Shown piece by piece: positions 34,621-49,469 of a DNA stretch of 64,000 nt. Below the pieces are notes generated by a model. It saw only the letters and a program-made list of their open reading frames with translations. It ran no database searches and was not told where the DNA came from. The stretch is from the human T2T-CHM13v2.0 reference genome, Homo sapiens. The position numbers were made by a program, and so were the translations under genes. The number at the start of each line of letters is the position of its first letter. Position 1 is the first letter of the stretch. The DNA lies in assembly GCF_009914755.1 (NCBI RefSeq), contig NC_060941.1; one strand, given 5' to 3'.

Positions 34621-37103
34621 TTGTTGGTAGAAAAATCAAGCTGTTGTGTTAATGTGCATGGAAGTGTCTTCATAGATTGTCAGATTTATCAGGTGAAATC
34701 AGCATGCAGACTATTTTTGGAGGCATGACTCTAAATAACGTAGCGTGTCCCCTCAGTTGTACTGTATGTCAGGGAGATTTGAAAATGGTTGAATTTAAAG
34801 CCAAGGGGAAAATACTCTGTGCTGTCCTGTCAACTAATTAAAAACAAATAAAAATAATACACATTTGTATGGACTTTGTAGGTGTTTTAGTCAGATCATC
34901 TGCACTGTTTTAGAAAGTATTATGGATTTATATACTGGGAAATTAATTTTTTCTTTTCAGAATGTAACAAATGAAAGACATCCTTATTGTCGAAGTAGAG
35001 ATTCACTTTGCTTATGTTTGGATGAAAAAGTGTGAATTGCTAAAGATCCCAGTGAGGTGGGAGAAATATAGTGATTTAACAAAAAAATTACTCAGTATAA
35101 GCCCTTGTGCATGGTAGAGATTGTCTAGCTTGCTCATCTTGTGAACATGAGAGGCATCTTTTTTTCTTATGTTTTGTCTGGTCCTCTTACTCCACATAAC
35201 AAACTAATTTGGAAAAATGCAGAATGCTTTTGGGATATGTTTGGGGAAAATCCTGGAGTAAGTTGCATCAGAAAGAGTAGTATACTAAAGGGTATTTTGT
35301 TATTAACTGTGTTTTACAGGTTGAGAATCTGTAGTACTGAGAAGTTTCTCCACTATCAGCCGAGATTAACAGCCACAGCTGGATTCTTTGGGGGCTCTGC
35401 TTTGTGAAAAGAGCTTTGAAGAAGCAGAGCCTGCACCATAAAAAGGAAACGGTTGCTCTTCTAGACATAACAAAGCATCCGTATGAAACTAGAAATGTGG
35501 AAATCTGTATTGTTAATTTTAACTACAAACGAACTTACTTTTGGAAATTACAGGTTCATGATCATAAAGTAGATAAAGAGTAGAGAATAAAAGTAACAAT
35601 CTGATGATTCTGCACCCACTTCTTGGTGGTTGAAACTCCATAGCCTATAACGTTGCAAGTCATTTTGTACTTAGACTCCTGAAAAGATTATCCAAATTAT
35701 GTTCAAAAAACCACAGCACAAAAAATAAACTTGTTTTATTCTTGGGGAGAAATTTCATGTTATACTGTCCAATATTAATTTAGAAAAAAAGACAGTTTTT
35801 TTTTTTAAGGCATTTCAGAAACATTGCCCTTTCAAGCAAGTTAAAACAATATCCCTCAACATTAAATACCATCTTTTTAGCCATCAGTACCACTGGGCAT
35901 GTGTCATAAAAGAGAAATGGGGGCAGATATAGCTCCCTTTCATATGCTATACCAGAACAAAAATTTGTAAAATGCATAAGTGCATTAACTGAATATGTTT
36001 GAATTTAAATTCTGGGTTTTTACCTTCAAAGCACAGGCAGCTGTAGATACAAAAAGTCCTCTAATGGAGTACTGGAATGTTTCATTGTCTTCACAACTTG
36101 GAGTGTCAGAGTTTTCTCTGCCTTCTATATTGTAAAACTGAGTGACTATTCTTGGTCGTTTTTATTAGATTTATTGATGTCCAAGCAATACAAGAATTAA
36201 CTGTTCATATACTGTATGTTTCCTTAACATGCTTATTTGGTTTCTTTGATGGAGATTGTCAAGGCCAAAGAAACTTTTTCATTTGTCATCCAACCAATAA
36301 ATGGACAGAAGCTGTTAGAAGCTCTTTAATTATGCGTCTCTTTGGGTTTTAATTCTGAGTCCCTGTGCCTCTGTGCTACTCCAGTGAATTATTTGTTGAT
36401 TGGGCCATCTAATACAGGTCAACAATAACTAAAATAGCTTGTCAGTGTGATCCTGATATTGCTTGGAAGTAACAGAGTGTCTGAGGCAACAGTTGTAACA
36501 CTGTCAGTGAGCACATAACAAGTCATGATAGACATAGTCAGTAGTTGTAAGGTACCTAGTGCAGAAACAGAAAAAACTGGTACTCTGGCATTATGGAAAG
36601 ATGACTTCTAAGTGAACTCTACTGAGATTGAACTTTAACTCTTAGTTGTAATGGTGTGAGTAGAGGGAGTATATATGGGGATGTCTGCCACTCATAATGA
36701 TTGGTGCTCTTTACCTAAACCCAGTTTTGAAATAATTTGGCTAATTGAGTCATATCTACTATGAGGCAGTGAAAGTTTTTAACACCTTTGGAACTCACTA
36801 GTCTATATATTTTTATTGTCACTTCGCTGTGGACCAGCACTTTTGCAAGCACCAAATGGGGATATTTAGTCTTATAAATAATTTTGCGAACCTCTATTAA
36901 GCTGCTGCTGCTGTTGTCTGTATTGTGCTTAGTACTGAGGTATAGGGATGTTTAAGTCACCATATTGCTTTGGAGGAGTTGACAGTCAAGTAAACAATAT
37001 GAACAATGAAACATGCCTACTCTCAGGGTGTCCTCAGCCTTGGTGGAGAGGTGAAACTAAATTTGAAACCATTAAATAAAAACTTAAGAATATATTATTT
37101 TCA

Positions 37104-37390
37104 GGCCAGGCATGGTGTCTCACGCCTGTAATCCCAGCACTTTGGGAGGCCGAGGAGCGGTTCACCTGAGGTCAGGAGTTCAAGACCCTCCTGACCAACA
37201 TGGTGAAATCCCGTCTCTACTAAAAATGCAAAATTAGCTAGGTGTGGTGGCACATGCCTATAATCCCAGCTACTTGGGAGGCTGAGGCAGGATAATCACT
37301 TGAACGCAGGAGGCAGAGGTTGCAGTGAGCCAAGATCGTGCCGTTTCACTCCAGCCTGGACAACAAGAGTGAAACTGTGTCTCAAAAAAT
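37104..37390 (+). mobile_element. AluS-like
   Basis: Full Alu, TSD atatattattttca. Confidence 0.9.
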
Positions 37391-38225
37391 ATATATATTA
37401 TTTTCACTTGTTCTTACAATATTCAATTATTGTATGTTACTATTTGCCAGGCACTGTGCTGGAGATAAGGATTAAAGGTGATTATGACCTACTGGGTGAA
37501 ATAGATTTGTAAATGGATTATTATAATTCATTGCCATAAATGCAGCAATAGAGATAGTCCCTGGACATTAAGGGCGTGTAGAGGAGGGATTTCTATGGAA
37601 GGTCAGGATGCTTCCTAAAATAGGTAATTCTTCAATGAGTTTTAAGAATGAGAGTCAACCAATGGGGAAGGGCAGTCTAGGTGGAAGGGCCTATATGCAG
37701 GAGACTACAGGGCTGGAGATGCTGAATGTGCAGTGCAGTGGGTGGTAGGAAGTGTAAGCTAGAGCTCAATCATGAAGAGGTTGGAATGTCATGCTTGAGG
37801 CACTAAAAACAGCTTTTTATTAATAAAGCATATGTGGACATATAGCACATAAACAGTTAAATAGCATATCTGTGGTATTAAGATTTTACGAGGGGATGAT
37901 TAGGAAAATAGCCTAAAAAGGCTCCGTAGGCGGGCAATGATGAGAAAAGGTTAAAACTGCGAATGGCAACTACTGAAAGTTTTTAAGTAAGAGAGACTTC
38001 GTCAGATTTAATTTTTTTTTTTGGATATGTAAAATAGAAGAGTAGAGAGAACTGAGATCTGTCTGAGTCTTAGGGAATGTTCTCAGTTGTAGGTGGAAGA
38101 AGCTACTGGAAGCAGAACTAAAGGGCAGTTAGGAAAATGTGTTCACAATGATTGACAATCTAAGTATGGCAGAAGATTGTTAGGAAAATGGGAGTGATCT
38201 TTGGTGCTGATAAAAAGTCAAAGAA

Positions 38226-39058
38226 GGCCGGCCATGGTGGTTCACACCTGTAAACCCAGCACTTTGGGTAGCTGAGGTGGGCATATCACTTCAGCCCAAG
38301 AGTTCGAGACCAGCCTGGACAACATAGTGAAATCTCATCTCCACTAAAAGTACAGAAAAAAAAAATTAGCCTGGTGTGGTGGCACGCACCTGTAGTCCCA
38401 GCTACTCAGGAGTCTGAGGTTGCAGTGAGCTGATATCACACCACTGCACTCCAGCCCGGGCGACAGAGTCAGAACCTGTCTCAAAAAAAAAAAAAAAAAA
38501 GTCAGAAAATTAAGATGGAGAAAAGGCCAAAAGGCCATTGTATTTAGCCTGATAGTAAATAGATCATTGATGGCATTTGAGAGAGTGATTGTGTTTGATT
38601 GATTCTAAAGAATGTCTTAAGTATTCAGTATTACTTTTTACAATTTTTTAAAATTATTAATACAATTCTTCCAAATCTCATTTGTTTGTTTGTTTGTTTG
38701 TTTGTTTGTTTTTAGTTTAATAAACCAGAGAACTTGATGTTCAAGGTGCCATTTCCTTGGGAAGGATTTTTTTTTTTTTTTGAGACAGAGTCTTCTGCTG
38801 TCACCAGGCTGGAGTGCAGTGGCATGATCTTGGCTCATGCAGCCTCCACCTCCCAGGTTCAAGGGATTCTCCTGCCTCAGCCTCCCGAGTAGCTGGGATT
38901 ACAGGCACGTGGCACCACACCCGCCTAATTTTTGTATTTTTAGTAGAGACGGGGTTTCACCATGTTGGCCAGGATGGTCTCGATCTCTTGACCTCGTGAT
39001 CGGCCTGCCTCGGCCTCCCAAAGTGCTGGGATTACAGTTGTGAGCCACTGCGCCCGGC
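38226..39058. mobile_element. Alu 38226-38500 (+, internal deletion) and Alu 38766-39058 (-), with (TTTG)n at 38681-38710
   Basis: Alu motifs in opposite orientation. Confidence 0.9.
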
Positions 39059-39974
39059 TTTTTTTTTTTTTTTAAACAATGGGGTAATAGATTACTAAAC
39101 TAAACTTGTTAGGAGACAAGGTTCTGGTCCTAGCCTTGCTGCCAACAACCCTGTGACCTTGGTAAAGTTATTTAAACTTTCTGAGCCTTGGTTTTCTCAT
39201 TTATAAAATCCTGTGTTTCCTAAGATTCTATTATAAAATGATATTAATATTTGTTGGAGTTTGCTGGTGACCACAAGACAACTTTCTCTCTTCAGGACTA
39301 CAGTGTTGAATAGCTTCTAAAATTGTTTAAAGGAGGAATGAGATAAATGTCACCCTGTTCCAGAGTGGTGACTTTTATAGAGTTTTCTAATTTGGGATTA
39401 GATTTTAAATGTTCATTTTTTTTTCATCAAGAGACTTGTTTTCTTCTATTACTGAGTTATTGGTAAGGATTATACATGTAGTTCAGCTGTGGAGAAGAGC
39501 AGGCCTGTTTGCAAATGAGCAATTTCTTCTACATGTCCATTTGATACTACTATTTTCCTGATAATATTTACCTTTTTAGTGTTTTAGACTTTAAAAACTT
39601 GCTTAGTTTCTTATAAGTCTTACAATAGTTTTCTTACAATATTTTGAGTGATTTTTAAATTTTTAAATAAAATTTAATGTTCAGTATTTTGTCATCTTTT
39701 GTGTGTGAGTAATCAGGTAAGATGATTTGGGAGCCAGTGCTTACATTAATTTGCAAGTTTCTTTAAAACAAATTTCTTTCCAGGAGTCTCTTTTAAATTC
39801 TGAATTTGGATAAGAGAGTTACTAGTTTGCATGTGGGCCTCCCAGAAAATGAGCTTTGACACAGCTTTCAGGCTGTAGTAGTTTAGGGCTTACAGTGCCC
39901 AAAGAGGGAGAGTGACTTCCTAAAGCTCTTGTCCAAGAGGAAGGGAGCATTTTTGCAGACACCCTCAGCAAACC

Positions 39975-40275
39975 AGCAGTGCTATCCAGTAAATACATAG
40001 TGAAAGTATGCAATCTTAAATTTTCTAGTAGCCACAGTAAAAAACTGAAAAGAAACAGGTGACATTAATTTTAGTAATGTATTTTAACTCTATATCCAAA
40101 ATATTGTCATTTCAACATGTATTCACTATAAAAATTATTAATGATCTATATTACTTTTTTTTCATACTGAGTCTGCAAAATCACTATGTATCTTCATGCT
40201 TAGAATATGTCTCAGTTTGGTCTAACCACATTTTAAGTGTTCTGTAGCCACACATGGCTACTGACCAGCACCAGC
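39975..40275. mobile_element. MER33/MER3-like hAT element
   Basis: cagtgctatcca...aaattttctagtagccaca...gtagccacacatggcta. Confidence 0.7.
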
Positions 40276-42186
40276 ATATTGATCTCTGGTGTTTTTTTTT
40301 TTTTTTTTTTGAGACAGTCTTGCTCTGTCACCACACCTGGCTATTTTTTTTATTTTTTTGTGGAGATGGGGTCTCACTTTGTTGCCCAGGCTAGTCTCAA
40401 ACTCCTGGGCTCAAGCAGTTTGCCCACCTTGACCTCCCAAAGTGCTGGGATTACAGGCCTGAGCCACCGCACCTGGCCTCTCTTTGGCTTTTGTTGGATT
40501 ACATACTCATTTCTGAACCAGTCACTGTCAATGAAGGTAAGATTACTTTTGGAGCAATCAGATCCACTTCTGGACCTGGAGATGGAGTCAGTTTTAAATG
40601 GGAGGGATGAATACCAGCAGTAAATGCCAGGAATGCAGTCATTAATGACCAAGATACTGCATTTGTCTGACTTGTGTCAGACTCAGAAGAACTTGAGTGG
40701 GTATATTTATGGAACAAACTGGAATAATGATCTCTATAGAGAAGTCCTGTCTGTCCTGAGTTATTTGGAGGCATTTTTCCTTTTCTTTTCTGAAGCTTTG
40801 TTTGCCTAAAGTAGCAGAAGGTAAATTTGGTACCTGATCGTTGCCATGTTTGCTTTCCTTCCCAGTTAGAGCAGATATCTCCTATTGATTTCTCTTTTTA
40901 TCCTCTCCGTATTGTGGTTTTGTTATCTGGATAAGGTTCTCAGTCTTGTTTTCAATTTAAGTAGTATAGAGCTCAGTAGTGTCAGGCAGCAGACTTCTTA
41001 CAGGGGAATGGACAACACAGAAACTTTTTGTTTATCCATTCTTTGACCTAAAATTCTTGCTCTGAGCTACAGAAAAAAGGTGAAAAGAGACATTTGAACA
41101 AATAGATAAAATTAGTCATTTGACCCAGATTGCAGCTTTTCTTCCTGTCTGCATGGATAAAAATGATCCGTCAATTTACATAAGCAGGTGATTTTTCTTA
41201 CATGCTAATTTTCTTAATGTACCATGGCAGAGAGTTGCAGATTTGCAAATTGTGTAAGTTAATTGAAATAAGCCAGGTGACTTTATTTCACTGTATTATC
41301 TTACCAGTACAAAAGTACCCAAAGGGTACAATTATCAGGTGATTGTCTCATTGCACATCTAAATTAACATGCAGCCTGGTGCAGAGGGTTTTTCCCCACT
41401 TTCTTCTCCACTTCCCTCTCTTTTCTAATTTTTTAAAATAGGAAACTTGATTTCTATATTTACTTCAATAGAGCTGGAAATTTAGTAATACAGATGCGGA
41501 GGAAATTTGAGCTTTATTAAAAGTAATCCAGAAGCTATAAAAATTGGCAAGTAATGTGGTTATTGTGCAGAAGAAGGGGCTTGGTTTGGGTTTGAATTGC
41601 CTCAGAGAATTATGTGAGCATCTTCAACCATGTTTAATTGATTGGCTTCCTCTGTGTTCATTTTCCCAGGTTCTGCAGGTTACAGTAATTGGGGTTATCC
41701 TGAAGTTAACTGGGTGTATACCATAGCCAGCGTTCAAAGTAAATATTGACAGGCATTCTTTTAAAAACACAAGCTAATTAATTATAACACTGTTTAAAAC
41801 ATTTTAATAAAATTGAAATTTTTGAAAGGTGCAACAGTTGGTTATAGGGATTCTTTGCAGAAGATTTATGAGGACAAATAATGTCGACCAACAAAGCACC
41901 TTTCTTTATTAAGACTTTCAATATTAAACTTAATAATTAATGTTACTTAATTTCTCAGATGTTATAATATTCACTTAGTGATATATACAGGGATTAAATT
42001 ATACTCCTTATAGCTTTGAAATAATGATTTGGAAAAGAATCATAATTTTAAGCTAGTAAAAGTTGGGCCAGTCTTGTTTCAGTTTAAAGAAAAATAATTT
42101 ACAGGAACTTTTAGAACAAAAGCAGTTAAAGAATGACCTGAGGAGAACATTTAACATTTAAAGGGATAGTATGATTTAGTAGTCAA

Positions 42187-43046
<860 letters not shown>

Positions 43047-44085
43047 TGTTGTGAGGATTAAATGAATTATTATATATTTAAAGTCTTAGAGCTATGTTTG
43101 GCATTATGTAAATGTTAGCTATCACAATTATTATTACTGGTTTCAGTATGAGTGAAAAAAATAGTACCTCATGAAAACTTACTAATTTAGGGAAAATAAA
43201 CAGCTTTTGTGTGATGGTTGACAGGTATCAGGTATGTGACTTCACTAGAGATTTTTTTCTGATTAACTCCAACTGTTTTTGAAAAATTCATTCAAATTCT
43301 AGAATGCTTTCCAAATGTAAAATTTTCTTTAGCACATAAAAGGAAGGTTTTTTTCTTTGTTTTTCACCCTCCTCCTTATTATCAGAGTAATAGTATGTTT
43401 ATTGTAGGACCCTTGAAAAACGCAGAAGAGCTGAAAGGAAAAACAGTTGTTTGTAACCTACAACTCAGAGATAACCACTGATAGCATTTTGGTGTATTGT
43501 TTACAAGACTTTGACCTGGTATGCGTGGGTGTGTTTGTAGTATTATTTAGAGTTGGGATCATGATCACACTGTATTTACAATTTTGTATCCTGTTTGTTT
43601 CACTAACATTGCAGAATGAGATTTCAGTCATTTGTTTTGAGGGCTTTTTCATTCTCACAAGCCTAGAGCTCTGCCTCAAAGAAACTAGAGAGTTGGAAGA
43701 TACTTTAGAATGCGTCTAGTCTAGCTGCCTCATTTTATAAGTGGGAAAATTGAGACCCAGAGAAGCTAAGAGATTTGTTCAACGTTGCACAGCTGGTTGG
43801 GGGCTGAGCCAGAGTTTTTGCTGTTTTGCTGCTTTACCAGTAATACCTGTCCAACTAAATGCCTATTGAAAATGGAGGAAGTGTTCTTACAAAAACAAAA
43901 CAAATAAAAAATGAAAACTCTATATAAATGAAACCAGGAACGTGCATCTGAGAAAAACCATGGAATATTTAGATTAATCTGTTGGTTATTTTGTGTGGGC
44001 CAGTGACTCTGATTAAATGTTTTCTGATTAAATGTCACAGACTACAAGATTTTTGGTGAAGAACAACTCAGTCTTTTCATGTTAT

Positions 44086-44291
44086 ATGTAACTAAGTTGT
44101 ATATCTATTTTGAGCATATCATTCTTCCACCTATTTTTTGAAAACTTTTAAACCTCAGGAAATTTGAAAGAATTGTATGATATATCCAATGTAACTAAGT
44201 TGTATATTTATTTTGAGCATATCATTCCCCTACCTATTTTTTGAAAAGTTTTAAACCTCAGGAAATTTGAAAGAATTGTATGATATATCCA
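44086..44291. repeat. 103-bp tandem duplication (2 copies)
   Basis: 44086-44188 versus 44189-44291, 5 mismatches counted by eye. Confidence 0.95.
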
Positions 44292-44323
44292 GAAACTGCA
44301 CTCCTAGATTTCTTCTCAATTAA

Positions 44324-44655
<332 letters not shown>

Positions 44656-46006
44656 CTGCATTACCTACTTTGAGGCTATTTCTACAGAATTTGCGGAGGT
44701 TGGGTTATGATTAATTTAAGACTTATACAGTGTTAAGAAATTTGTGGTCACTGCATCAACTCACTGTTCCATGTAATGAATTTTGTAAGCTCTCCAACTA
44801 GAGAAGGAACTCGAAGTTTTAAAGCTTGTGACTATTTTGGAATGCTATTCATTCTCTTAATAATTAAAACAAAATTCAGTGTAAATCAAATGTGTAAATC
44901 AAACATGTACCAGTCAAAACTGAGCTTCAGGCAGTATAGAAATATTCCATTCTACAAACTTTTTTTTGTTGTTGTGGTTTTTATCTCAGGTTGAGACTTA
45001 AGGGAACATTTTCAAAATAGTGTAAGATCTGGTTTCACAATTCTGTGACAGAGGACATGATTTTATTGTTGAAGTTAAATTTTAAGTTATTGTAGCTTTT
45101 TTTAAAGTAAATTACCCTAATGCAGTCATATGAGCTGATGATGCTATGATTTGTGTCACTGCTCTGTATTTTTCAGTACCAAATAATTCCTTTGTTAAAC
45201 TCATTTTCAGTAAATGAGCCATTGTTTCCCCAAGGGTAATGATTATTTCCCCTATATATAGTACAAAGCCTTGAGAAATAGATTTTTAAATCTAAAATAT
45301 GAGTTAATGATTGGAAAAGGCTGAAATCATCACTGTGTCAACTGTATGTGTGAAAAGGGCAACTGCTGTGTTTGCTGCCTAGGCTACAATATAAGATACT
45401 ATGTTTACAAGAAATCCAATGACAGCAAGGCTTTAAAAGTGAGGTCTTTCAGTTTAGATGCAAAAAGGGTGGTTCTGTTGAGTCAACCCAGCTATTTCAC
45501 TACATAGTTTCGTAATGTAAACACCTAGAATGAGGTAGCTGGAGTGCAAATCTAAATGGCTTGTGACAGTTAAGGAAGTACATAGGCAACAGTTACTGGT
45601 TTTCTTGATGCAGCTGATATCAGTATCTTCAAATAAATCACTGACTTAAAGTACCTCAGCAGGAAAGACATTAAATAGGGACACCGTAATGTTTAACTGG
45701 TATAGGTGCTGAAGGTCTAGTTATCAACATCTATCAGCTTGTCTCTGTAGGTGGGCAAACTTTAAATAACTAGTTTTTGTACCCTGATTTTCTTTTCCTC
45801 TTAAAGTAGATACTCATTCTTGAAGACAATCTGTTTCTTTCAATGCTAATGTAAGTGCTTATAACCACTTGTGACATGTTCTCTACCCACCGATCCACTA
45901 AAAATGATGAGAGTTTCGAAGATTCGGGTCATGTCTTAGTTGCTTCTTCAGAGCCTAGCCTGGTCCCATGATGGGTGCCTGTTGGTTGCTGAATTGAAAG
46001 CTTCTA

Positions 46007-46175
46007 GGCTGGGCATGGTGGCCCATGTGTGTATTCTCAGCTACTCAGCCTACTTAGGAGGCTATGGCAGGAGGCGCTTTTGAGCCCAGGTGTTTGGGAT
46101 TTTAGTATGCAATGATTGCTCCTGTGAATAACCACTGCATCTAGCCTGGGTGACATAGCAAGACCCATCTCTATG
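46007..46175 (+). mobile_element. FAM (fossil Alu monomer)
   Basis: Monomer retaining the 7SL-like cctgtgaataaccactgca segment. Confidence 0.7.
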
Positions 46176-46246
46176 TAAAAAAGGAAGAAAGTTTCCAATG
46201 CTGAGTTTGTATGTGATGGTGACTCTGAAAGAAGAGTACCGTCAGC

Positions 46247-46567
<321 letters not shown>

Positions 46568-47100
46568 TTATGTATTAAAAGATCCCGATTTCTTCACACA
46601 CTGGCGGAATTTTTATGAGAGGACACTTGTTATTATTTATTATTATTATTATTTAGACCCAACCCGATGGTATTGGTTTTGTTTTCTTATGTTTGGATTT
46701 TTTATTTTTTTTTAAGAGTGAGAGCTCTAATCTAAAAATAGTATATGGTAACCAACTATGTCCAGAAATAGTCCTTTATTTTGAAAAGAAATAGTCCTTT
46801 ATTTATACTGTTTTCTATAATCTACATAAAGTTAAGAATGCTATTGAACTGTTTAGGGAAATACCCTTTTCTTTGCAGTACTGTGATCTATGTTAGAAAA
46901 ATAGAGATCCAGTTAATAGAAACTGTGTCCAAAGTCTTATCTAATATATCAAAACATACCAAAGTAGTCTGCGATGCTAGAGTAGAAAAAAAAGTTCAAT
47001 TCTAAGCTCTTTATTCTGTTTTATAAACGTATGAATAAATGGCAATTTAGTGTATACTAGAGATCCTTTTTCAAATTAGTGAACAAAGAATGGTTTATTC

Positions 47101-47507
47101 CAGTGGTATGGTGGCATATGTTTAACAACAGGCTCTCTGAAAAATAAAAAAGCTGTAGTTTAGGGTTTGCTGATCTCTGTGGTGTAAATACTATAATGGC
47201 CAATTTCAAACCACTAATGTGAAGTCACTAAATGCTGAATTGGAGAAAGATATGCACTAGCACGCCCTTATATGGTATTTTCATCATACAGATAAAATAG
47301 GTGTTAGATAACCTTAAGAGCATAAATCATAATAAAATAACTAGGGAGTGATGATTCCTAAGTATTTGTTACCTTTGTTTTAAATATGATTTATTTTATT
47401 CTAAGTTTATATAACATAGTTTTTTATGGTTATGTTTCACAGTCAGCTTACAAAATTCCAGAAAAATGTAACTGTCATGAGCAGCATGCACCAGTCCCAG
47501 CACACTG
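47101..47507. mobile_element. MER63-family hAT element inside an old L1
   Basis: TIRs cagtggtatg / cagcacactg; 8-nt TSD gtttatt(c/t) at 47093-47100 and 47508-47515. Confidence 0.8.
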
Positions 47508-49142
47508 GTTTATTTTGTTGGGATACTTAGCAAGCAGTGGGGAAGAATAAAGTTTATATTCATTATATACAAAAATGAAGTCCAAGTGGATTAAAGATTT
47601 TAAGAAACAAAGCCAAAAAATAAGAAAATATAACTTTTTATAATCTTGGAGGGAAAGACACTATTGACTTTAAAGCAAGAAAAGAACATCAGATTTGTCT
47701 ATGAAGACATCTAAGATGTGTATTTGGTAAAATATACCATAAAAAAATGCCTAAAAGAAAAAGCAAAATCTAGGGAGAGGATATTAGCAATATATGTGAA
47801 AAATAAAAGTTAATATCTTTAATATTAAAAGAGCTCTCTTTTTTACTTTTTAAAAATAGAGACAGGGTTTCACTATGTTGCCCAGACTGGTCTCTAACTC
47901 CTGAGCTCAGATGATCCTCCTGCCTCCGTCTTCCAAAGTGCCGGGATTACAAGCATGAGCCACCACACCCAGCCTAAAGAGCTCTTAAAATCAACAAGAA
48001 ATACACTTGAAGAACCCAACAGAGAATGGGCAAAAGCTAGAGAATGGGCACATAGAAGAAATACAAATTGTTAAAAAACATTAAAGGATTTCACTTTCGT
48101 TAATAAACATGCAGAAATAGATAACACTTTTAAACTGCTAGATATTTTAAAGTAATAATCCTAGTTGTTGCAGATGTAGTGAAACACACACACACTCAAA
48201 TTTTTTATGATAGCATGGATGGATGGAGTCTTGATTGGAGAGCAGTTTCGCAAAATTGAATGCACACGCTCTTTGGAGCAATCATTGACCTTAGATACAA
48301 AGATATATTTATAAGGATGTTCATTTACTGTTATTTATCATCCTCCCAGATTGAAAGCAACCTAAATGTCTATGAGTAGTAGAGTGGTCATCTTTGAAAT
48401 ATACCCACAATTTATTAAATGAAAATCTGTATCAGTGACCACTTAAGATGGGGTCTGGCTCTGACACCCAGGCTGGAGTTCAGTGGTGCAATCATAGCTC
48501 ACTGCAGCCTTGAACTCAGGCTCAAGCGATCCTCCACAGCCTCCTGAGGGCCAGTTAGTTTTAAATAGACTCCTGTAGTAATCAAGTTGCTGAGAGTTGG
48601 AGGTTGATGTACGAGTTTATCCAGTTTCAGTGTTTTACCATTCTGTAATTCTATGAGCTATTTTTAAAAGGTGTCTATAACCTTAAAGTTAGAAGCAAAT
48701 TGAAAAAAAGACATTAAAAGAAAAATGGTCTTGAACGAACCCAGAGATGATTTTTCTGCTGCCTTAGTTATGTATGATTCAACAGTGCTAGTGACAAAAG
48801 TAGCACCAGCTAATTTGTGTGATATTTCAATGTCACTTGAGTTTCTAACGTGAATTTGAGAGTAATATAAGTTATTACATGGTTTGTGGAGGCCTCAGCT
48901 GTAAGACACTTCATGGTATCTGGATGTCTTCTAAATACCACAGAATACGAAAGTGGCTAATGAGAGTCTGTTATTCCTTAAAACTAGAAATGCAATTTTA
49001 TTTCCTTAGAAGTTTTATTTTGTAACTTGAAGATAGAGGAGACACAAAGAGGTCATTTTGTCTGGTATACTAGATTAATGCCCTAGTAATTGGTGATTTC
49101 TACCTCCAGTTTTTCTGTACAAATTTCTCAAATCATTATTTC

Positions 49143-49352
49143 ATATATATATACATATATACACATATACATATATACATATACATATATAATATATACA
49201 TATATACATATACATATATAATATATACATATATACATATACATATATATAATATATAATATATACATATACATATATATAATATATACATATATACATA
49301 TACATACATATATACATATATATACATATATATATATATTTTTTTTTTTTTT
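49143..49352. repeat. Complex (TA)n/(TATACA)n repeat ending in poly-T
   Basis: About 195 nt of near-alternating purine-pyrimidine sequence. Confidence 0.95.
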
Positions 49353-49368
49353 AAGAAAACAGTGCCAT

Positions 49369-49469
49369 CATGTCAGCTTTAGTTCAAGCAGTTGCTTCCT
49401 CTTGCTGGACTTTCCATCCATCTAATCCCTGAGCTGGGGTTCCAGACCTGGAGGTGCCTTCTGACACTT
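49369..49469 (+). pseudogene. Vault RNA retrocopy, VTRNA2-1/nc886-like
   Basis: tgtcagctttagttcaagcagttgcttcctcttgctggactttc...gctggggttccagacctggaggtgccttctgacactt aligns end to end with nc886 as recalled; A- and B-box remnants, A tail, degenerate TSD. Confidence 0.85.

Noticed and set aside
37932-37980. C-box-like ATGATGA with a downstream CTGA
   Set aside because: Too short, no terminal stem, and it sits in L2-like decayed sequence.
49136-49327. Tyr/Ile/Met-rich ORF
   Set aside because: Translation of the TA/TG simple repeat.
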